A program made the position numbers and the translations under genes. From Eledone cirrhosa (taxonomy: Eukaryota), in assembly GCA_964016885.1 (NCBI GenBank), contig OZ024751.1:31992001-32056000 (forward strand): a stretch of 64,000 nt of DNA. Direction: 5' to 3'. Below are positions 1-14,115 of this stretch, in pieces (position 1 is the first letter of the stretch; each line of letters starts with the position of its first letter). The notes under the pieces are model-generated. The model had not been told where the DNA came from and did not search any database. It saw nothing but the letters and a program-made list of their open reading frames with translations.

Positions 1-72
1 AAAACGATAAAAGTAGCAGCTAAATATCTGTTAAATCTCTACTGTTAGCAGCATTTTACAAGGCATGGCATT

Positions 73-163
<91 letters not shown>

Positions 164-302
164 TATTGGTGTGTAACGTTTAGTTGCTATTTGTTCACAA
201 GTTTGAACACTCAATGCTAATATTTGGGCCAGGCTGCCGGTGTGAAATGCTGTGTTTGGTATTTCACTGAAGTCAGTATCCTTAAGAAGCAGAGTGTCAA
301 TG

Positions 303-440
303 ATTGTTTCTACTTTTGGCACAAGGCCAGCAATTATCCCAGTGCATATCTGGTACTTTATTTTATTGACCCCCGTAAGGATCAAAGGCAAAGCTAACCT
401 CGGCAGGATTTGAACTCAGAACGTAAAGGGCTATAAACTA
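303..440 (-). mobile_element. tRNA-derived SINE family S1, partial
   Basis: Reverse complement of the S1 body seen at 22938-23123; B-box GAGTTCAAATCC on the minus strand. Confidence 0.85.
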
Positions 441-1000
441 GTATAGATGATATATTAAATATCAAATGATACATATTATATAGTAAAATAAAATAAAAAT
501 ATTTATTATATTATAAATTAAGGGTTTTATTTATTATATATTATTTACAATTTACGTGTAGGCAGGTCTCTCTGGAAATAGTGGTGGGGGCACTGAGGAT
601 ATTACGTGGCTGTGAGGGGTGGGTGGGTGTGGCCCCAAGAGTTTGAGAACTTCTGGTCTAACACGTGACAGTATGTGTTCCACCCACATAAAACGTGTTC
701 GACAAGTCAGCAATGCTCGGACACTGGACGTGGTTTCTAATTAAGACACAAGATCAGTAATTTGGGACAGAGGGAAAGCCGTTTATATTGGCTGCAGTAC
801 ATGACTGGTATTTTATTTTATCGGATTCGGAAGGATGAAAGGTAAAGTTGACTTTGGCGAGATTTGAACGTAGAACGTGAAGAACCGGAACTAATGTTGA
901 TAAATATTTGTCCGGCGCTCTACCGATTTTACCAACACACCACCATAACAACAATAACAATAATAACAGCAGCAACAACAACAACAATAATTATATTAAT

Positions 1001-1420
1001 AATTGTTTCTACTTTTGGCACAAGGCCAGCAATTACCTAGTGCATTACTGGTTCTTTATTTTATCGACCCCGTAAGGATGAAAGGCAAAGTTAACCTCGG
1101 CGGGATTTGAACTCAGAATGGCAAGGGCCGTAACTCTATGCGTCAAAGCATGGCGTCCGACCCTCTACCGATACTACCAAATAATGACAATGATAATGAT
1201 GATGAGGATGGTGGTGATGATGATGATAATGACGGTGACGATGATGTTGATGATGATGATGATAATTGTTTCTACTACTGGCACAAAGCCAGCAATTACC
1301 AAGTACATTACTGGTACTTTATTTCATCGACCCCGTAAGGATGAAAGCAAAGTTAACCTCGGCGGGATTTGAACTCAGAATGGCAAGGGCCGTAACTCTA
1401 TGCGTCAAAGCATGGCGTCG
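1001..1420 (-). mobile_element. Two SINE S1 copies (1001-1180, 1265-1420) separated by an (ATG)n-type repeat
   Basis: Near-identical to the other S1 copies; an older diverged copy lies at ~795-935. Confidence 0.9.
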
Positions 1421-1883
1421 ACGATGATAATGATGATTAAAATGATGATGATGATGATGGTAGGGATGATGGTGATAATACTGTTGATAGTGGCGATGGT
1501 GATGGTGGTGGTGGTGGTGATGATAATAATGATGGTGATGATGGTGATGGCGGTGGTGATGATGATGTCGATAGCAATTAAAACAGACTTAAAACAGACT
1601 TAAAAATCCATGAGAGATATTTAAGAAGTTTGTAGTCTTGAGAGAGATTAATTTAAAAAATGAATTAATTAGACGAAGGGATTTAGTGTTAATGAAGTGG
1701 TGGTGGAGGAGGACTAAGATGATGTGGTGGGGGAGTAAGGTTGTGTTGGGTGTTTTTTTTTCAAAAATAGTAGGGCAATGTGTTGTGATTACGTGTATAG
1801 TTGTACAGAAGTGTGTATGTGTTTGTGTTTGTGAGTACAAATAGCTGTGTGTGAGGGTTTGTACCTGTATAGATGTGTATATT

Positions 1884-1997
<114 letters not shown>

Positions 1998-2109
1998 TAT
2001 ATACATACATGTATGTGTATATAGCTGTGTTTGTGAATGTTTGTACGTCTATAGGTGTGTGTGTGTGTGTGTAAATCTAAGACATTATACAATGTCCTTC
2101 TCTATGAAA

Positions 2110-2315
2110 GACAGTAGGCTATCATTTGAGGGAGATTTGGCTGCTATTTCTAACAATTTGAGATATCACCCCTTTATCATCCCAGGAAAAAAAAAGGTAC
2201 GTTGGATAGTAGGGATCCTGCATTGACAGGGCGGAGGAAAACGACAGGATGGTCACGGCTGAAATGTCTTTGATCATAGGTTTGACCGTCTAAAGTCCAT
2301 CTAAGGGCTAAAACA
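2110..2315 (+). mobile_element. Probable SINE family S2 3' part with (CAA)n tail
   Basis: Motifs gggagatttggctgctatttc and ggatggtcacggctg...ctaagggctaaaacaac recur, diverged, at ~40315-40385 and ~46135-46315. Confidence 0.5.
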
Positions 2316-2325
2316 ACAGCAACAA

Positions 2326-2373
<48 letters not shown>

Positions 2374-2374
2374 T

Positions 2375-2415
<41 letters not shown>

Positions 2416-3302
2416 TATCCTCATTATCATCATTATCATCATTAAGAAAAATAGAGTGACATATTGAAAAATCATTTATTTCAATATACACCACCTACAG
2501 ACCACCCCTTCTCTCTCTCGCTCTCTCTCTCACTCTCTCCCCCTCTCTCTCTCTCTCACCACTCTTTCTATCTTTAATCACCCCCATACTAATTAACAAG
2601 CAATATTAATTAAAAAAAAGCAATGGAGGAAAAGGAGTACACCGGAAATGAGAAATAGCACAAAGATGGGGTCAGCTGACCTATGTTTTATTTTAATCCC
2701 ATGATTTCACTTCCGGCTTGAAAGCAAAAATAAACAACCTCCCCCCCTACCCTAGCAGTAGCAGCAGCAGCACCACTATCGCCCCCCCCAGTCTCATCCC
2801 TACAACAACAACACCAACAACATAATCATCATCATCATTGTCGTCGTCGCCTTGACGTTAATGAGATGAAATCAAATGAAGTGATTGGAGATCGAAGATT
2901 GTGTATGTCTCTCTAAATATATCGAAATCAGTCAATCAAACAATGTGTATATATGTATATGTGTGTCAGTGTTGTTTGCGTGTATGTATTTGTTTGTGTG
3001 CATATGTATGTGTTTGTGGACGTCTATATATGTGTGTGTGTGTGGATCTTTGCGTATATTTATGTGTTTATGTATGTGTTTGCATATGTTTGTAAGTGTC
3101 TGTATGATTGTGTCTGCATATGCGTGTGTGTGTGTGTATGTGTGTGTTCCTGCATATTTGTGTGCATATGTGTGTGTATGAATATATGATTTTGTATACA
3201 TATGTATTATGTTTAGTAAAACATATGGCAAACCTTCCTAGGTACTCGGAGTTTCCCGGTATAGGCTGATGCTATTACTGCTCCGTTCGTCAGCCAAAAT
3301 AG

Positions 3303-3350
<48 letters not shown>

Positions 3351-3414
3351 CAAAGTCATATTTCTTGAAAGTTACACTTCGAACCAGAGCTTCGATTATG
3401 CTGTACTTCCTTTT

Positions 3415-3457
<43 letters not shown>

Positions 3458-3459
<2 letters not shown>

Positions 3460-3818
3460 GGTGTGGGATGCTTAAAGCGTCCGTATGCGCTAGGCCGTTT
3501 GAGCACTCGATGCTTTTACAGAGCAGAGTATAATATCACATAAGAAACGGAGAATCAGTGGTGCGACGAATAAGATTTATTAGACATATTACAATCGTTT
3601 CTCTGGCGACCAGCTCGAGGCAAGATTGATGCAATGATCAAACCTGACTCTGAAATCACAAGACCCTCAGATATGTCTCGATTCTACGAAGTTGGAAACT
3701 CTGCTTATTCGTCGCACCACTGATTCTCTGTTTCTTATGTGATATTATATTATACTCTGCTCTGCTAAAGCATCGAGTGATCAAACGGCATACCGCTTAC
3801 GGACGCTTTAAGCATCCC

Positions 3819-3820
<2 letters not shown>
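3458..3820. mobile_element. Family A inverted-repeat element between (TA)n tracts; HHR-like motif in spacer (minus strand)
   Basis: Arms 3464-3574 and 3704-3819 are reverse complements. Single-arm relatives at ~41890-42125 and ~54721-54890. Confidence 0.8.
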
Positions 3821-3885
<65 letters not shown>

Positions 3886-3889
<4 letters not shown>

Positions 3890-4010
3890 AGAGATGGCGA
3901 TATGAACAGACTTATTTTTTTATCTATCTTTCTATTTCTTTAATTTCTCATTCTATTTTCTGATGAAAGACTAGCGTCCGAAACATTAAGACTCATTGTA
4001 CTGTGTCATT
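3886..4010 (+). mobile_element. Family B PLE 3' repeat remnant with minimal HHR
   Basis: CTGATGA (3960-3966)-a-agac-tagc-gtcc-GAAAC. Homologous to 48160-48330, which follows a GIY-YIG remnant, and to 63380-63530. Confidence 0.75.
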
Positions 4011-4663
4011 TGCTTTGTTATTTCTGTTTACATTTTGTTTTGACATTTGTCTAAGAAATGAAAACACCTACAATATTACAATGAAATACAACTTACTTCT
4101 GATTTATTTATAATTTTTTCTTTATTTTCTATTTTATTTTATATTCTATTTAGTGATTTATTTATCTATTTTTGTTCTTGACTGGGTTGAATGAAGGGTG
4201 AGGATTCCACGAAGGGGCCGCTGGTCTACTAAGGTGTTTAGTTATCTCTGGTATAGATCCACATTCTGTGGTTAAAAAATTCCCTTCACAGCCATGTGGT
4301 TCTTGGTTCGATTCCAACGGGTGGAAATGTTACCTTAGATTCAAGCTGATCCCTATCCAGAATTTTGCCTTTCATCTTTGAAGGGGTGAATAAATAAATA
4401 AAATATCAGCCTAGGGTAGTAGATTTTAGGAATCATTAGACTGTCAGTGGCGGCCTACCTGGGTGGTAAGGCAACATAGTTTAATAACATATGGCCCTGT
4501 AGAGGAATCTTCCCCATCCACCCCGTTTCAAGTATTAAGGTTAAGATTCCTACACTCTGTTCCTCTCCGCCCACTCAGAAGTTTTGGAAGCCCTAGAGGA
4601 GGTATTGCTCTCTCTCAAGACTAATCGATATATATACACACACACATATATATATGGTGATTT

Positions 4664-4737
<74 letters not shown>

Positions 4738-4769
4738 ATAATAATAAATTTGAAGACTAAAATCGAAAG

Positions 4770-4963
4770 AGGGCTCGATAAGGATAAATATATATCAAAT
4801 ATATAAGAACCGTAGAGCAAATATTTATTAAAATAACCGATTAAAGTTTAAGCAAAGAATCGCTGCTTTCACACTTAACGGGATCTTCTGGTTAGTTTCA
4901 GAAGATCCCGTTAAGGGTGAAAGCAGCGATTCTTTGCTTAAACTTTAATCTGTTATTTTAATA
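4770..4963. mobile_element. Family C palindromic HHR element
   Basis: Arms 4826-4889 and 4899-4963; (TA)n on both sides. Other copies at 22186-22263, 29690-30090, 39858-39968 and 57665-57783. Confidence 0.85.
4894..4944 (+). ncRNA. Type-I hammerhead-like motif with variant core (CAGAAGA, CUU site)
   Basis: Stem I AGUUU/AAACU; core CAGAAGA; stem II U-CCC-GUUAA-GGG-U; GAAA; stem III AGCAG/UUGCU; H17=U. Confidence 0.7.
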
Positions 4964-4981
4964 TATATATATATATATATA

Positions 4982-5079
4982 CAGGGTGTCCCCAAAAATG
5001 TATACACACTTTGATTACCTGTTCAGGCAATATTTATTAGAATGCTGTTGAAGTGTGTATACATTTTTGAGACACCCTG
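4982..5079. mobile_element. Tc1/mariner-type MITE
   Basis: ~30-bp TIRs CAGGGTGTCCCCAAAAATGTATACACACTT / AAGTGTGTATACATTTTTGAGACACCCTG with TA on both sides; second copy at 54296-54375. Confidence 0.85.
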
Positions 5080-5360
5080 TATATAGATGTGTGTGTTAGT
5101 TGTATGTATGTATATACATATATATATATATATGTAGATATTATAAAATATATATATACTTACACACCACACATACATATGTTATCTATTTATGTTCATA
5201 CATGGAACAAAACCACTACCTAATGTTTCAAAGCCTATTAATATTGACCACATCTCCAGATTCTAAGAGGGATTAAAATTGTGTCTTAATCTTCATTGGT
5301 GTTTGCCGTCAAACTGATTTGCGATTCGAAACAGCAACAAAAACTACAATAACAACAATA

Positions 5361-5745
5361 ATTGTTTCTACTTTTGGCACAAGGCCAGCAATTACCCAGT
5401 GCATTACTGGTACTTTATTTTATCGACCCCGTAAGGATGAAAGGCAAAGTTAAACTCGGCGGGATTTGAACTCAGAATGGCAAGGGCCGTAACTCTATGC
5501 GTCAAAGCATGGCGTCCGACCCTCTACCGATACTGCCAATCCACTAACAACAATAATGGTTTCTTATGTAGGCACAAGGCTAGCAATTTGAAGTGGAAGG
5601 GAAAGTCGATTAAATCGACCCCAGTACATAACTGGTACTTTATTTTATCGACTCCGTAGGGATGAAAGGCAAAGCCAACCTCGGCGGGATTTGAACTCAG
5701 AACGTAAAGGGCCATAACTCTATGCCGTAAAGCATCGTGTCTGAC
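5361..5745 (-). mobile_element. Two tandem SINE S1-type copies (5361-5545, ~5578-5745)
   Basis: Match to the S1 body and B-box. Confidence 0.85.
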
Positions 5746-6298
5746 GCTAATGATAACATTATCATTATTATTATTGCAAACTTTCAATTTTCTTCACCTA
5801 CACTTTTACTGTCCTCCTCCTCCTCCTCCTCCTTGTTGCTATCATTATTATTATTAATCTACCACCCACCACCAATATATTCCACACGTAGGAAATGACG
5901 TCACCATAACTAAGGCGACACCTTTTCTTCTTTTTAGCTAGTTTTCCTTTAAGCTATTTCTCTTTTTCTCACCCCCCCCCCATGTTTCTATCTTATTTCT
6001 GAAATCTTCCTCTTTCTTAGAGCTCTCTCTTTCTCTCTCTCTCCTTATCTATCTAGATATATCAATCTCTCTCTCTCCCTCTCTCTCTCTCTCACACACA
6101 CACGCACGCACACACATATATATACATACACATACATATAACTAATAAACATATACTCATATACATAAATGTACACTCACTCAAACACACATATACACAC
6201 ATATATGTATGTATATCTATCTGCCTATCTGTCTGTCCAGAAGACAGCTAAATAGGAAGCCATATAAATAGACAGACAGACAAATAGATGTATACCTA

Positions 6299-6817
<519 letters not shown>

Positions 6818-6856
6818 TATATATATATATATAAATAAATAAATATATATATATAT

Positions 6857-7160
6857 GTGTGTGTGTATTTCTTGGTGACATGTTCGGCCATGTGTTTCTG
6901 TGTTGCAGTGGGTGTCGATATGTAGGTGTATAGTTGTGATACTGTGTAGGTGTATCGGTTTATAGGTGTGTTGATGTGGAAGTGTTCATTAGGCAATATA
7001 TATATGCGCACATATATTGCCTAATGAACACTTCCACATCAACACACCTATAAACCGATACACCTACACAGTATCACAACTATACACCTACATATCGACA
7101 CCCACTGCAACACAGAAACACATGGCCGAAGATGTCACCAAGAAATACATACACACACAC
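6857..7160. repeat. Near-perfect ~300-bp palindrome
   Basis: Arms ~6857-7000 and ~7013-7160; the ORF track shows the same peptide on both strands ([14 protein letters not shown]...). Confidence 0.9.
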
Positions 7161-7454
7161 ATTATACACACACACACACACACACAAACTATACATACAC
7201 ACACCACACACGAAAAGTAGTTATGTTTAAGAAGTAGTTTCAATGCATGTGGGTTTGAAATACCAAGGTAATGAAGTCGGAAGTGAATTGAGGTAGAACG
7301 CAAAGAGTGGGAGAAGGGGGGAAAATAAAAGGACAAGAATGATTTATTGTCAAATTCGTCCCAATATTTCGGATGTACTATCCCTATCCTGCATATTCGT
7401 AGTCGAGCTGGTGACACGACACAAAAACTGCCTGTTCACCCTGTTAGATGGTCG

Positions 7455-8040
<586 letters not shown>

Positions 8041-8242
8041 TATATATATATATATACACCCATGCTAGTATGGAAAATGGACGTTAAATGATGATAATGA
8101 TATATACATATATATAAATAGACCATGAGCTCAGCCGTCGGCCCCGACCCGACTCTCTACTTTATTTACACCCTAGTATCCCACACATGGAGTACTCTGC
8201 TGAATAATGGTCCTAATAGTCTAAACTGGTAAAATCCTGACC

Positions 8243-8338
<96 letters not shown>

Positions 8339-8367
8339 CATATATAGATATATATACATACACACGC

Positions 8368-8449
<82 letters not shown>

Positions 8450-8755
8450 TTAGTGCATGAGTGTTTATATATGTATGTACGACCATCTGTTTATGTTCTT
8501 CACATAACTCCTCCAATGTAAAGAATGTACTCGGGTCTCCAAGTTCAACAAACAGAGCTCCTATGGATATCCTCATTTCTATTTATTTATCGGACAAACT
8601 CCTGGAAAGTTTGGCATATTTCAGTAAAACCTCACATTGAAACTACAGCGTGTCGATCAACCATGCACTCTTACTTTTTCGGATTAGCGTTCAAGTACTC
8701 TCTTATACATACATACATACATACATACATACATACATAAATACATACACACAGT

Positions 8756-8844
<89 letters not shown>

Positions 8845-8916
8845 GTAGCCATATCCGTAGGTGTGAAAAAGGAAAAAGGAAAACAGTGCTCAATTGGGAA
8901 GAGACCAGAAATGTTA

Positions 8917-9687
8917 TCTATATATATAAAACAGAGAATGTCTGTCTGTGTGTCTGTTTCCCTAAAACTCGAGAAGTACCCAACCTTTTTTTTCAAACTT
9001 TACACATGTAACCCGTATGGCCCGGAAGTGTTTTGAGCAAAAAAAAAATTTCAAATTATTCTGACCTAGGGATCGAATTAGTGAAGTGGCCAATGTCTGT
9101 ACATAATGAGGGAGTGAGAGGGGAGAGAAAGAAACGGAGAGGCGAAGTGAAGAAGTGGCTCTCTACTCCTCCTCCTCCTTCTCGCCATTCGTCACAGCGT
9201 TTTTCGATAGCGGGGAGAAATGTGAACTAGTTACAGAGAGAAAGAGTGAGAATGAAAGAAACAGACAGACTAAAAGAGGGGAATAGCGGGGGAGAGAGAG
9301 AGAGAGAGAGAGAGAGTGACAGACGCCGTCTTTTGAGAGTTGTATGCGTCAAAGATACATGACAGTGGAATAACTATTGCGTGTGTGTGTACGTGCGCGC
9401 GCGTGTGTGTGAGTTTGTGTGCGTTTGCATGCGTGAGTGTGTATGTGTGCGTGAGTGATTATAAACTCTCTCACATGGTCTGATGGAATTAACCCTTTAG
9501 CATTTACATTACTCTATATAAACTATATTATTTTCATAGTAAAGGCTTTATCTCACATAATATAACAATCTCAAATTTAATATTATTTATTTTGAGAACA
9601 ATACCTTAACCCTTTAGTATTAATGTGAGTGAGTTATAAAGACAAAGAGTGAGAGTGAAAGAAACAGACAGACTAAAAGAGGGGGAT

Positions 9688-9745
<58 letters not shown>

Positions 9746-10256
9746 GCTGAAAGAGGGGAAGGAAAGCTGTATGTCTTGCTGTCTGCATTACGATACATAT
9801 ATATACACACACACACTGATCGCGTCATAATGACGTAATGCAGACAGCCAGACATACAGACAGATATTATAAGGGCGCAACGTTATATCTATGTATCTAT
9901 CTAAAAAGAAAGATTAAGAATTATAGAGAGAGATCGCTAAATCGCCTAATGCGGTCCCTAGGGCATTGAAAATTTGAAATATTTTTTGCTCAAAACACTC
10001 ACAGGACCTTTACATGTGTAAAGTTTGAAAACAATCGGTTCGGTGGTTCTCAAGTTTTAGTGAGCTGACAGACATTCTCTGTTTTAGATATATAGATATA
10101 TATATAATTATATATTCGTGTACAGATATTTTTGCATACACAATAACAAAATATAAATAAACGTATTTATTTCACGAGGCTCAATAAGGATAAATATATA
10201 TCAAATATATAAGAACCCTAGAGCAAATCCCGAGTAACGCCGGGCCATTCTGCTAG
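8917..10256 (+). mobile_element. Non-autonomous Helitron (composite)
   Basis: A|TCTATATATATAAAAC 5' end; 3' hairpin CCCG-agtaacgc-CGGG followed by CTAG|T; inverted related 5' segment at ~9825-10097. Confidence 0.75.
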
Positions 10257-10815
10257 TATTAAATATTTATGTTCATACACAGAACAAAAGCGTTATCAGA
10301 GGTTTGATCCCTCATACATTCTGAAGATATTGCTTTTGTTCGGTAGTAATGGTGGAATTAGAGGTGGTGGCGGTGGTGGTGGTGTTGGCTGTGGTGGTGG
10401 TGGTGGTGGTGTTTGTGACAGTGGTAGTGCTAGCCATGGTGGTGGTGGTGTGGTGATAGCAGTGGTGGTGGTGGTATTGGTTGTAGCACTGGTGGCAGCG
10501 ATGGTGGATGGTGTTGGCTGTGTAGGTGGTGTAGGTAGCGGAGATGGCAGTGGTAATGGTAGTGGGGTAGGTGTAGGTGGTGGAATTGGTGGATTAAACA
10601 CACAATTAACTAAGTAATAGAAAAAAGATCCCGGAGGTTAAAGGTGTCAGTTGAACAGATATCTTTGAATATCGTATGGACGCCCAACCATACACAAAGA
10701 ATAACACATACATACATACATATGTACATACACCCACACAAAATAGCATATATATACGTACAGACATAAATACATACACACATTCTTAATATATATATAT
10801 ATATATATATACGTG

Positions 10816-10916
<101 letters not shown>

Positions 10917-11037
10917 AATTTAATGTCGTTCTAAAAAAGTTAAATTAAATTGAAATAAAATGAAATGAAATAAATTGATTCTTTCCATGTTTGTCCTGAG
11001 GTTAGTGATAAATTCACATTACATACACATACATTCA

Positions 11038-11174
<137 letters not shown>

Positions 11175-11286
11175 CTATTAGAAATGTCAGCTATCGCCGT
11201 ATTTTGACTATAGAAATTAAAGAAATTATTTACCCTGATAGTGGGGTTAAGAACCCTCGGAGAAATGGAAAAAGATGAGTATTGAC

Positions 11287-11329
<43 letters not shown>

Positions 11330-11870
11330 TATGTATATATATATATATATAAATATATATACATACATATATACATATATACACACAAATACATACTTAC
11401 ACATGCATATATAGACATACACACACGTTTATATATACATACAGAAGCGCACACAAGTACAGACACATGTTTAACACCCACGCAGTCCTACCTACACACA
11501 TTACATACAATATATTGTATTTGGACATCCATCGTTTTCGAAATTCTACAAACACACGAAGTGTTAACGTAATTCCTAGGGAGATTCAGCATGCCATTGA
11601 AATAAGGTACAGTCCATCTGATGGGCTTCCAAACAGTTTATTATTTCCCCCCTCACAAGATATGAGGTTGACCCGAAGCTATGGTAAATGCCATGCACAA
11701 AACCGAACTCAAGACCAAACGGTTCAGAAGCGAACCTTTTAACCATTAGGCCATGTACCGTCCACACAGATATCACAGAAACAACGCACGAATATAAATA
11801 ATGAATTTAAGCACCCACTCAGTTAGAAAAATATCATACATTCGCAAAATACAAACAACGACCCCGCTAC

Positions 11871-11932
<62 letters not shown>

Positions 11933-11944
11933 GTCTGTCTGTCT

Positions 11945-12018
11945 GTTTTTATTGTATGTAAACTTCCCCCTTTGTATTTGTCCCCTTCTTTTGTGCCCCT
12001 GTGGCTAATAAAGAAACA

Positions 12019-12074
<56 letters not shown>

Positions 12075-13250
12075 CTCCTTCAAAAACGAAGGAGAGGCGG
12101 TTTTCATACACTGCCCGGGCGTCACTGACCTATGGGGCTATGTAGAACGACTATTGTCGCGGGTGGGACCAATCCAGTTGACCACCGAGTCCATTGTCAT
12201 GATCAAACCGCCACCCTCCTTCAAAAACGAAGGAGAGGCGGTTTTCCTTTGTGTGATAGCTATGGCGAAAGAGGTTGTATGGTGGACAAGGTTGAAAGGG
12301 CTGAGGTCAGACACCTTTCTCTCCGGCCAACAACTGATTCTTTTTTTCAAATACCACTTTGGAAGAAGAATCAGGATGGAGAGAGAGGTGCTGTACCCCA
12401 GCAAGTTTTATGAAAGGTGGGTGAAAGTGGCGAGAATGGCCCGAGTGAATGGGCCTTCTCTCTATATCAGCCTGTAGGTTGAGGAAAAGGAGGAGGAGAG
12501 GAAAGGAGTACAAGCTCTTCGTACTCCTGGAGATGAGGGTTGCACATTTTTTTTCGGGGGTATGTGTTACCCATATAAACTGTCTCCCTCTATTGGGGAA
12601 AATCGACTAACTTTTTAAATTCCATTTGTGATAACATTTTACACGTTTTTATTGTATGTAAACTTCCCCCTTTGTATTTGTCCCCTTCTTTTGTGCCCCT
12701 GTGGCTAATAAAGAAATATATCTATATATCTACCTATCCTCCTTCAAAAACGAAGGAGAGGCGGTTTTCCTCTGTGTGATAGCTATGGCGAAAGAGGTTG
12801 TATGGTAGACGAGGTTAAAAGGGCTGACGTCAGACACCTTTCTCTCCGGCCAACAACTGATTCTTTTTTTCAAATACCTCTTTGGAAGAAGAATCAGGAT
12901 GGAGAGAGAGGTGCTGTACCCCAGCAAGTTTTATGAAAGGTGGGTGAAAGTGGTGAGAATGGCCCAAGTGAATGGGCCTTCTCTCTATATAAGCCTGTAG
13001 GTTGAGGAAAAAGAGGAAGAGAGGAAGGAGGTACCCACTCTTCGTACTCCTGGAGATGAGGGTTGCACATTTTTTCGGGGGTATGCGTTACCCATATGTA
13101 ATGTCTCCCACCTATTGGGGAAAATCGATTAATTTTTAAATTGCATTTATGATAGTATTTTACACGTTTTTATTGTATGTAAACTCCCCCTTTGTATTTG
13201 TCCCCTTCCTTTGTGCCCCTGTGGCTAATAAAGAAACATATCTATCTATC
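11945..13250 (+). mobile_element. Three tandem 3' ends of an L1/Tx1-clade non-LTR retrotransposon in (TATC)n
   Basis: ORF remnant [16 protein letters not shown]...AMAKEVVWWTR...F.ERW (~12100-12477) resembles an L1/Tx1 ORF2 C-terminus. The terminus ...gtggctaataaagaaa plus tatc repeats occurs at ~12020, ~12720 and ~13240. Confidence 0.75.
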
Positions 13251-13290
13251 ATCCTTCACCCTTTCTACGGAAATATATATATATATATAT

Positions 13291-13680
13291 ATATTAATAA
13301 AAGGAATTCCAACTTTGTCTGATTTACTCGTTTTATTTACAATCCTTTAAAATTTATAATGGTATTATAATGAAATAGAATGATAGAATATTAAATGTTA
13401 AGTGTTAATTGAACAAGTACTTTCATGCTTTCGCAATCTTCAGGTTCATAATGTGTGGTGACAGTCAAGTTTGCAATTTTCAACTGTTGAAAATTGCAGA
13501 CTTGACTGTCACCACACATTATGAACCTGAAGATTGCGAAAGCATGAAAGTACTTGTTCAATTAACACTTAACATTTAATATTCTATCATTCTATTTCAT
13601 TATAATACCATTATAAATTTTAAAGGATTGTAAATAAAACGAGTAAATCAGGCAAAGTTGGAATTCCTTTTATTAATATA
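13291..13680. mobile_element. Family H ~390-bp palindrome with an HHR on each arm
   Basis: Axis at 13485 (caac-t-gttg); arms differ at only ~2 positions seen by eye; (TA)n on the left. Confidence 0.9.
13522..13560 (+). ncRNA. Minimal type-I hammerhead ribozyme (mirror copy 13410-13448 on minus strand)
   Basis: UGAAC-CUGAAGA-U-UGC-GAAA-GCA-U-GAAA-GUAC-U-U-GUUCA: canonical core, 5-bp stem I, self-complementary stem III AGUACU, CUU site. Confidence 0.85.
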
Positions 13681-13958
13681 ATCTTCTATACACAATCATA
13701 CACACCCGTGTATATTTATCTATCTATATATCTATATATATATATATCTCTCTCTATATATATATATGTATGTTTTGATAGGTGGGTAAATCGACAGGTA
13801 GGCAGACATGATCAGGCAAACTATATATTTTTCCATTATAGATCCACATGCCTTGTTATTAGACTGTTATCTGTAGTCAAAATACGGTGGACTTTTCTAA
13901 TTCTATTTTCAAAAATATTCAATCACCACCGTATTTTAAATCACACGCGCTTACATTA

Positions 13959-13998
<40 letters not shown>

Positions 13999-14018
13999 GC
14001 ATTGTTATTTCTGTTTAC

Positions 14019-14115
<97 letters not shown>

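Noticed and set aside
5896-5903. CRE palindrome TGACGTCA (also 38441-38448) and CCAAT/E-box cluster near 46960-47035
   Set aside because: Short motifs expected by chance in 64 kb; no linked gene or transcript evidence.
10296-10617. Gly/Val-rich or Pro/Thr-rich ORFs on both strands
   Set aside because: Degenerate (GGT)n repeat.
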